Assembly (NCBI GenBank): GCA_037146775.1
Contig: JBAWWL010000010.1
Location: forward strand, 12,963 to 76,962
Direction: 5' to 3'
DNA from: Candidatus Omnitrophota bacterium
GTDB lineage: Bacteria; Omnitrophota; Gorgyraeia; Duberdicusellales; 4484-171
DNA: 64,000 nucleotides
The translations under genes were made by a program, and so were the position numbers. This document shows positions 57,158-64,000 of this stretch, piece after piece. Under the pieces are notes generated by a model. That model did not search any database and was not told the origin of the DNA. It was given only the letters and a program-made list of their open reading frames with translations. The stretch's first letter is position 1. The number at the start of each line of letters is the position of its first letter.

Positions 57158-58009
57158 TTAATCGAACACGACCGTTTTGTTGTTGTAAGCAAGGACCTTT
57201 CGTTCCAGGTGCCAGCGAACTGCCCGGTTTAACACCACTTTTTCTAGGTCTTCCCCTTTCCGTTTCAAATCTTCGAACGTGTCGCGATGACTGACTCGTA
57301 CCGTATCCTGTTCAATGATTGGCCCTCTATCGAGTTGTTCGGTAACATAATGACTGGTTGCGCCGATAATTTTTACTCCCCTGCGATATGCTTTTTCGTA
57401 GGGCTTACGGCCTACAAACGCCGGCAAAAAAGAATGATGGATATTGATAACGCGATTCGGGAACTTTTCAACAAATTGTTTAGTTAAAATTTGTGTATAG
57501 CGCGCCAGCACGATTATTTCAACGTGTTTTTTCTCCAGGAGAGTTATTGTGCGGTTTTCTGTCGGCCGTTTATTTTTTTTTGTAACTTTGAATTCAAAGA
57601 ATTCGATACCGAAATGTTTTGCGATCGGCCGCGCAACCGGATGATTACTGATAATACACGGGATGTGACAGTTGAGTTGATCGCTCTTGTAGCGCAGGAG
57701 CAGGTCATAAAGGCAATGAGTATAACGCGAGACAAAAACAGCCATTTGAGGTTTCTCGAAGCTTGCGTGAAGCGACCAGTTCATTTTAAACCCAGCCGCC
57801 AGAGGCGAAAATGCTTTTACGATATTTTCTTTAGCGATCTTAAAACTATCGAGTGACCATTCGATACGCATAAAGAAGGTGTTTGTCTGGCTGTCGATAT
57901 GCTGATCAGCGTGCTCTATGTTGCCGCCATGCTGATAGATAAAATTAGATATTTTGGCGGTAATTCCTTTTTGATCCGGGCAGGAAACAAGTAAAATCGC
58001 GGTATTCAT
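57158..58009 (-). CDS. purU: Formyltetrahydrofolate deformylase
   Basis: CPDQKGI ACT domain, INIHHSFLPAF, GVKIIGATSHYVT, NKTVVF; promoter TTGATT-17-TATAAT at 58020-58048. Confidence 0.96.
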   Translation of the reverse strand: MNTAILLVSCPDQKGITAKISNFIYQHGGNIEHADQHIDSQTNTFFMRIEWSLDSFKIAKENIVKAFSPLAAGFKMNWSLHASFEKPQMAVFVSRYTHCLYDLLLRYKSDQLNCHIPCIISNHPVARPIAKHFGIEFFEFKVTKKNKRPTENRTITLLEKKHVEIIVLARYTQILTKQFVEKFPNRVINIHHSFLPAFVGRKPYEKAYRRGVKIIGATSHYVTEQLDRGPIIEQDTVRVSHRDTFEDLKRKGEDLEKVVLNRAVRWHLERKVLAYNNKTVVFD

Positions 58010-58115
58010 AAGAAATTAAATTATATAGTATTTCCCTAAGAAAATCAAATACTTTTTCGAAACAAGCCCTGCTATTTGGAAGGTGCGCAATATGTGCAGA
58101 GACGTGTAAGCCGAC

Positions 58116-60080
58116 TTACGTGCGGGCTTTGCCGTGCTTTTTGAATATCGCTTCTATTTCGTCGTAATCAAGCTCATCTTTTTCGATCAAACTAGCTGCC
58201 ATTTCGTCGACGATGTCCCAGTTTTTACGCAGAATTTCTTCGGTTTCGCGCATGCATTCTTGCAGGATCTCATTACCGTCTTTATCGAGTTGGTCATAGA
58301 AGTAGGGTAGTGCGCGGTTTTGGAAAAACGAGCCCTTGAAATCTCCGACATAACCGGATTTACCCATGCCTAAGCGCCAGGTCATCAAATAAGCCAATCG
58401 GGTTGCTTCTTCGAAATCAGAGCCTGTGCCGACAGACGTGACGCCGTATTTAATTTTTTCCGAGGCATAACCGGCCAGAAAACTTTTGATGTTGGCGAGC
58501 AAATGATTTTTGTCGCGAATAGTAATTTCTTCTTTTTCCGGGGTCCAGGTCACTCCTCCGGCTCCGCCGCGCGGGATAATGGTAACTTTGAATACATCCT
58601 GGAAGGGTACCGCGATATAGGTAACCACCGCATGACCGCTTTCGTGATAAGCGACTCGCTCTCTTTCTTGAGGGCTGTAGCGGCATTTGCGTTTTAATCC
58701 TAATTCGATACGTTCGCGTGCCTCATTAATTTCTTTCATAGTAACTAATTCTTTGTTGGCGCGCACGGCAATAAGCGCCGCTTCGCGTACCATATTAGAG
58801 ATTTCCGCAGGAGTGCTTTGTACGGCCAAACGTGCGAGTTTGTCAATTTTTACATTTTCTTTATCGTATTTTATTTTATTGAGATAGTACTGGAATATTG
58901 CTTCTCTTTCGTCTAGATTCGGCAGCGTTATAGAGATGTGCCTATCAAATCTTCCCGGCCTAAGCAATGCGGGGTCAAGGAAATCGGGATCCATATTGGT
59001 TGCACCAATGACGACAATATTGTATTCGGCGTCTTTGTCTTTCAAGCCGTCCATTTCAACCAAGAGTTGATTCAAAGTTTGATTATGTTCGCTTTGCCCG
59101 CCGCCGCCGGTTTCTGCTCTGCGTTTTGCGCCGACCGCATCAATTTCATCGATAAAAACGACACAACCGCCCTTTTCTTGGGCTGATTCTTTTGCTTCCA
59201 TGAAAAGTCGTCTGATTCTGCTGGCGCCGACACCGACATACATTTCCACAAATTCTGAACCAGCTCGCGCTAAAAACGGCACTCCGGCTTCATTTGCCAT
59301 GGCGGTTGCGAGATATGTTTTTCCACATCCGGGTGGCCCAAGCATCAGTAACCCGCGCAAAATCTTACCGCCTATTTTTTGTACCTGCGCCCGGTCTTTA
59401 ATCAGTTTAACGATTTCCATCCCTTCCTGCTTAACCTCTTCCATGCCCACCACGTCATCCCATCCGATAAGATGTGCGTCCTTATTTTTTTGTAACGAAG
59501 CTTCTCGTAGCTCTTCTATGGTAGGTCGGCGTACGCCTTCTTGAACGAATATCGCTTCTATCTCGGTATAGATAAGTTCGTTTTTTTGGATCAGCTTCTC
59601 GGCAAATATTTCAACCAGTTTCCAGTTTTGACGCAGGATGCTTTTTACTTCCAAGATAGTGCTTTCTATAATGTCTTGTGCGTCCTTATCTAGCTCTTCG
59701 CGTATCAGGTGAGAAATCCATCGACCTTCTTTATCCTCAAAATTTCCTATATAACCGGAATGTCCCATCCCCCAACGCCAGGTCATGTCGTGTGCCGCAC
59801 GCGTAGCACTTTCAAATTCCCGGTCAACATTATTAGAGGTGGTACCAAACTTAGTTTTCTCGGCGACAAAACCGGCGATATACACTTTGATTTCCGTAAG
59901 CAATAAAAATTTATCGCGAGAATAGGTTTTTTCTTTATCGGTTATCCAGGTAAGGCCAGTATTCGATTCTGGCGAGGTAAGAGTAGTTTTCGAAATATCT
60001 TTATTCGGCGCACATAGGTAAGTGATAACAATATGTCCGGATTCGTGATAGGCGGATCTCTGTTTTTCAAGCAAATTCAT
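58116..60080 (-). CDS. Soluble FtsH-like protein with M41-AAA-M41 architecture
   Basis: N-terminal AYHESGH domain; GPPGCGKT, FVEMYVG, FIDEID, ALLRPGRFDR; C-terminal AYHESGH...GSDF; GGAG RBS; no TM. Confidence 0.88.
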   Translation of the reverse strand: MNLLEKQRSAYHESGHIVITYLCAPNKDISKTTLTSPESNTGLTWITDKEKTYSRDKFLLLTEIKVYIAGFVAEKTKFGTTSNNVDREFESATRAAHDMTWRWGMGHSGYIGNFEDKEGRWISHLIREELDKDAQDIIESTILEVKSILRQNWKLVEIFAEKLIQKNELIYTEIEAIFVQEGVRRPTIEELREASLQKNKDAHLIGWDDVVGMEEVKQEGMEIVKLIKDRAQVQKIGGKILRGLLMLGPPGCGKTYLATAMANEAGVPFLARAGSEFVEMYVGVGASRIRRLFMEAKESAQEKGGCVVFIDEIDAVGAKRRAETGGGGQSEHNQTLNQLLVEMDGLKDKDAEYNIVVIGATNMDPDFLDPALLRPGRFDRHISITLPNLDEREAIFQYYLNKIKYDKENVKIDKLARLAVQSTPAEISNMVREAALIAVRANKELVTMKEINEARERIELGLKRKCRYSPQERERVAYHESGHAVVTYIAVPFQDVFKVTIIPRGGAGGVTWTPEKEEITIRDKNHLLANIKSFLAGYASEKIKYGVTSVGTGSDFEEATRLAYLMTWRLGMGKSGYVGDFKGSFFQNRALPYFYDQLDKDGNEILQECMRETEEILRKNWDIVDEMAASLIEKDELDYDEIEAIFKKHGKART

Positions 60081-60273
60081 AACCTACTCCTGATTTTTAG
60101 TAAAGTTATTGCTATAACAAACATAAATAATATAACATAACAACCACTAAAAACAATGAATTTTTTGTCAGAGCTTGTTTGGTTTTTATTCTGTTACTTA
60201 AACAACACGCTTTACCGGCCGATTTTTTCCAAAAAAATTAGTTATTTTAATCTTATTATAAAAAATACTGTTA

Positions 60274-60542
60274 ACCGGAAAAATGCCTTTGTCTACTACC
60301 CCACAGGCCTTCGGTCTGGGGAGTTAAAATGTTTTATAAGTGCCTTATACTCATCGCGTTGAGTAATTAGTGAACTGCACCATTTGGTTCTCGGCATTTT
60401 TCCCGGTAGCCCAGCAGGCCGAAGGCCTGTTGGATAACCTCGCTGTGATCTGAATTTTACCTTTAAATATCAAAGAAATATAAGGGTAAAATTCAGCGGC
60501 GCCCCACAGGGCAAAAAAATGCATTTTCTAAATGCATTTTTT
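60274..60542. other. Multi-hairpin structured intergenic region between the divergent FtsH-like genes
   Basis: At least six inverted repeats, listed under findings. Confidence 0.55.
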
Positions 60543-60556
60543 GGGTTAATCTTATT

Positions 60557-60585
60557 TTGACAAAGCCTTAAAGATATGGTATCCT
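60557..60585 (+). promoter_or_regulatory. sigma70 promoter of FtsH-like gene
   Basis: TTGACA-17 nt-TATCCT with TG extension; AGGTG RBS. Confidence 0.7.
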
Positions 60586-60600
60586 TTTGCAGGTGTTATT

Positions 60601-62274
60601 ATGAATACAAAATTAAAAATATTTTGGCGGTTATATTGGCTGCGTATTCTTGTCATTACTATTGTCACCATCCTCCTTATCTCCTTAATATTCGTTATCG
60701 TTGCCGGCATAAACTCCTACACTAAAATGGAATCCTTCTATAAAGAGCAGATGAAAGCTAGCATGGCAATGCAATTCTATTTATATGTGGTGGGCGGCTT
60801 AATTACCGCCGTTGTCTATGTTTATCTCTTTACTACGATGATGCATCGCGGAGGCGGAATGCGAGAATTTTCTAAAATACAGACAAAGTCGGTAAAAGGC
60901 GAAGAAATCGGGGTAAAGTGGAAAGACGTTATCGGAATGGAGGAAGTTAAACGAGAGGCCTGGGAAGCGGTAGAGCTAATAAAAGAGCGGGCACGCCTGC
61001 AAAGAATGGGCGGACAAATCATTCGCGGTGTTTTATTAGTTGGGCCTCCGGGTGTAGGAAAAACTTACCTGGCAAAAGCCATAGCTACAGAATGTAATCT
61101 GCCGTTTTTATCTGTTATCGGTAGCGAGCTTGAAGGTATTTTTGTAGGTTTAGGGGCAATGAAAATCCGCAAACTCTTTAAGGCTGCCCGTGAGCTTGCG
61201 GAGCTACAAGACGGATGTATAATCTTTATCGATGAAGTTGATTCGGTAGCTCGGCCGCGGCGAGCAGGCGTTGGGCTTGGCGGAGCAGAAAGTTATAATA
61301 TGGCAGTAAACCAACTGCTTGCGGAAATGGATGGTTTAAGGTCAAAAGAATATAACGTTGTAGTAATCGCTGCTACCAATGTCCCCGAAAACGAACTGGA
61401 GCCTGCGTTGATGCGCGCAGGAAGGTTTGATCGTAAAATATATATCGGTTTGCCGACCCTTGAGGACCGCGAAGCAATATTTAGATTTTATCTCAGTACG
61501 CTCCAGTACGATAGGCAAGGTATCAGATTTGACCATTTGGCGCGTCTAAGCGTAGGTAATACTCCCGCAGATATCGCGAATATTGTCCGTGAGGCATCTT
61601 TAATTGCGGTAAGAAACAGGCGCGAAATTATTACCATGAAAGAAATTGCCGACGCGCGCGAACGTATTACTTTGGGCCTGAAAAGAAAAATTAAATATAG
61701 CCCCCAAGAACGCGAGCGTGTATCCTATCATGAAGCCGGCCACGTGGTAGTAACATACATAGCCGTTCCTTTTAAGGATGTTTTTAAGGCAACCATTATA
61801 CCGCGCGGTTATTCCGGAGGGGTTACCTGGGTTCCGGAAAAAGAAGGAATTGAAATACAAGACAAAAACCACCTTTTAGGAAATATCAAAAGTGATCTGG
61901 GTGGTTATGTCGCCGAAAAAATTAAATACGGCATCACCTCCGTAGGTGTAGAGCAAGACTTTAAGAGCGCAACGGAAATTGCCTATAGAATGGTATGGAG
62001 CTTGGGCATGGGCAATACGGAATATATCGGTGATTTTCGCAGCCAGATATTTAAAGAAAGATACCCTCCAGGATTTTTTAGCGAGCTAGATAAAAACGCC
62101 AACGATATCTTAAAAGAATCAATGGTCGAAACTGAAGATATATTGCGAAAAAACTGGGTTATCGTTGAAGAAATCGCAAAGCAGCTTATTGAGAAAGACG
62201 AACTGAATTATGACGAAATCGATGAAATCTTTAAAGCTCATAATAAAGGGCCATCTCAAACACCTTCTGTTTAG
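60601..62274 (+). CDS. Membrane-anchored FtsH-like AAA+ metalloprotease without periplasmic domain
   Basis: Two N-terminal TMs with short loop; GPPGVGKT, FVG pore loop, FIDEVD, ALMRAGRFDR, HEAGH, EQDF. Confidence 0.9.
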   Translation: MNTKLKIFWRLYWLRILVITIVTILLISLIFVIVAGINSYTKMESFYKEQMKASMAMQFYLYVVGGLITAVVYVYLFTTMMHRGGGMREFSKIQTKSVKGEEIGVKWKDVIGMEEVKREAWEAVELIKERARLQRMGGQIIRGVLLVGPPGVGKTYLAKAIATECNLPFLSVIGSELEGIFVGLGAMKIRKLFKAARELAELQDGCIIFIDEVDSVARPRRAGVGLGGAESYNMAVNQLLAEMDGLRSKEYNVVVIAATNVPENELEPALMRAGRFDRKIYIGLPTLEDREAIFRFYLSTLQYDRQGIRFDHLARLSVGNTPADIANIVREASLIAVRNRREIITMKEIADARERITLGLKRKIKYSPQERERVSYHEAGHVVVTYIAVPFKDVFKATIIPRGYSGGVTWVPEKEGIEIQDKNHLLGNIKSDLGGYVAEKIKYGITSVGVEQDFKSATEIAYRMVWSLGMGNTEYIGDFRSQIFKERYPPGFFSELDKNANDILKESMVETEDILRKNWVIVEEIAKQLIEKDELNYDEIDEIFKAHNKGPSQTPSV

Positions 62275-63061
62275 TTTACTTATTGCTTCACTCCTTTCCT
62301 GCGCCGCTGATACTCATACCACCTATTCGCGCAAAGACATCAAAACTATCATACTAAATCTTTGTAAAAACGAATTTAATATTGAGGTTAAGGTTTGGGA
62401 GTCCGGAGAGACTATATGGATTTATGCGCCGTTTGCCAACGTTCTTGATGAAAAACGGCAAATCAACAAAGATATCCAAGCCAATATCCGCAGAATATTT
62501 CTCTCCATTAGCCGTGTTATTTTGAGTATGGATAAAGCGCCGAAATTCTATGCGTTTGTATTTTCCGATACACAAGATATTGGTTTTGACGTGTACTATA
62601 TCGGTTTTGCCTACGATCTGGTTAAATTTGAACTTAACCATATTTCTTTAGGCCAAATGCAGGAGCGCCAGGCGGTATTGCAGTTATTAAACCCACAGGC
62701 GCTGGGAGATGTCGACGGAAACCATATTAATAAGTACGACATCAGCCTGGGAGAATTTGTTTCTTATCTTATCAAGCAAAACATTGAAAAAACTTTTTCT
62801 GCACCCGAGGTAAAAGATAATTTTAAAATTAACGAATTACAGACAAACTTTACAAATGGCAAACTCGAGATTACCTTTGATATTATGGTACAAAAATATC
62901 GCGAAGGGCTTGCATATCCTTTTGACGAAATTACCGCGATCACGAAAAGATTTTTGAAGATTTATGATTTCCCGGCCGACTTGACAGAAGTGGAAATTAA
63001 GGATAACTTCAATAAAAAAACCCGCTTTTATTCCAGAGAAGTCCTCAAAGAAGGAAAATAA
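62210..63061 (+). CDS. Hypothetical lipoprotein
   Basis: Lipobox SLLSC after hydrophobic stretch; overlaps FtsH-like 3' end; exact start uncertain. Confidence 0.72.
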   Translation: MTKSMKSLKLIIKGHLKHLLFSLLIASLLSCAADTHTTYSRKDIKTIILNLCKNEFNIEVKVWESGETIWIYAPFANVLDEKRQINKDIQANIRRIFLSISRVILSMDKAPKFYAFVFSDTQDIGFDVYYIGFAYDLVKFELNHISLGQMQERQAVLQLLNPQALGDVDGNHINKYDISLGEFVSYLIKQNIEKTFSAPEVKDNFKINELQTNFTNGKLEITFDIMVQKYREGLAYPFDEITAITKRFLKIYDFPADLTEVEIKDNFNKKTRFYSREVLKEGK

Positions 63062-63085
63062 TTTCCTGTTGTAACCAGAAGAATT

Positions 63086-63523
63086 TTAAATTTCTGTAGC
63101 GTTTTCGAGGAAAGGAAGTATTTTTTGTTTATCCTGAAGCGATCTGCCGCTTACTTCTATCTGAAGAGAACCGCTTTGTATCCGAGCGCTTCGGTCTTTT
63201 ACTTCTGCAGGGCCGATAACGAACGTCCCGGGCTTAGCTGCAGTCAATTTATATTCTAATTTCAGCGTCATTATTGTTTTGCCTGCTTTGGTAACGTAAT
63301 TACGTGATTGAGCCTCGGCGACAACAATGAAATCTTTTAATACCGGGAGAGTTAATTGTGGATCGCTAAATTTACCCTCGATAGTTATGGTGTAGGTAAA
63401 AATCTCGCCTGTTTCAATATGATCTTTGTCGGCGGTTGCGTTAACGGTATTTGCGTCTTGGCAGAACGCAAGCGCAAAGAATATATAGAACGAAAATAAA
63501 AAAATACTAACGAATCGTAACAT
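63086..63523 (-). CDS. BatD-like single Ig-domain secreted protein
   Basis: Signal; VNATADKDHIETGEIFTYTITI, PGTFVIGPAEV. Confidence 0.75.
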   Translation of the reverse strand: MLRFVSIFLFSFYIFFALAFCQDANTVNATADKDHIETGEIFTYTITIEGKFSDPQLTLPVLKDFIVVAEAQSRNYVTKAGKTIMTLKLEYKLTAAKPGTFVIGPAEVKDRSARIQSGSLQIEVSGRSLQDKQKILPFLENATEI

Positions 63524-64000
63524 GTCTGTTTTTAATGGTAATCCGGTTTTCCGCCAATAATTTAACCGCCCGGGGATACAAAATGTGCTCTATTTTATGT
63601 ATCGCGGCTGTTAACCGTGCGAGGCTGGTGCCGGCTTTTATGGTTACTTTTTTCTGTAAAATAATCGGCCCATGATCGACTTTCTCATCCACAAAATGAA
63701 CCGTAACGCCGGTTACTTTACGGCCGCAGGCAAAGGCTCGCTCGATTGCCCGTTCGCCGCGAAAAGCCGGTAAAAGAGCAGGATGTATATTGATGATCCT
63801 GTGGTTATATCTCTTTACAAAATAAGGCGTGACAATTCGCATGAAACCTGCCAGGATTATTGCGTCGATATCCTCTTGCTCTAATATGCGGATAATCGCT
63901 TTATCAAACGCTAAGCGGGACGGGTAACATTTTGGATTCACGTACACATCCCGCACGCCGAATTTTTTTGCCCGGACACGGACAAAAGCATTCTCTTTAT
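63507..64000 (-). CDS. purN: Phosphoribosylglycinamide formyltransferase (5' end beyond window)
   Basis: LAGFMRI, INIHPALLPAFRG, TGVTVHFVDEKVDHGPII. Confidence 0.95.
   Translation of the reverse strand, partial: KENAFVRVRAKKFGVRDVYVNPKCYPSRLAFDKAIIRILEQEDIDAIILAGFMRIVTPYFVKRYNHRIINIHPALLPAFRGERAIERAFACGRKVTGVTVHFVDEKVDHGPIILQKKVTIKAGTSLARLTAAIHKIEHILYPRAVKLLAENRITIKNRHVTIR

Noticed and set aside
60485-60552. c-di-AMP (ydaO) riboswitch fragments GCCGCTGAAT and TTTTGGGTTAATCT
   Set aside because: The two motifs are on opposite strands and the GGAACC core is missing
476-62641. Numerous short antisense or overlapping ORFs in the ORF track
   Set aside because: Shadow ORFs of well-supported genes, with no recognisable motifs

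Overview
A 64-kb core-chromosome window from an LPS-producing, probably anaerobic bacterium with roughly 40% GC. Gene content and style suggest Candidatus Omnitrophota (PVC superphylum); this is an inference. Almost all genes lie on the minus strand. From left to right the window holds: a group-4 membrane [NiFe]-hydrogenase operon with AsrA/AsrB-like flavin/NAD(P) subunits and a perfect Rex-type operator; pip, eda, a DRE-TIM aldolase, a SYLF protein and thyX; a c-di-GMP-I riboswitch controlling a small secreted protein that converges on a four-gene chaperone-usher-like pilus operon; mutY and several small genes; a REC-GGDEF-MshEN protein; an LPS core/lipid A operon; xerC-topA-dprA-aroK; acyl-CoA dehydrogenase, a GNAT and pagL; a sugar ABC transporter with GH-A hydrolases and a CBM protein; purU; two divergent atypical FtsH-like proteases; a BatD-like gene and purN. 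No tRNA, rRNA, CRISPR array or intact transposase was seen. The best candidate for a new system is the pilus locus. It combines a hybrid usher (TPR, secretin-type N-terminal pilus domain, barrel, SdrB-like repeats), a three-domain tip pilin, and a riboswitch-controlled mini-protein that is essentially a pilin donor strand. Other notable items are an M41-AAA-M41 protease and inverted heptamer repeats that build a signal peptide.
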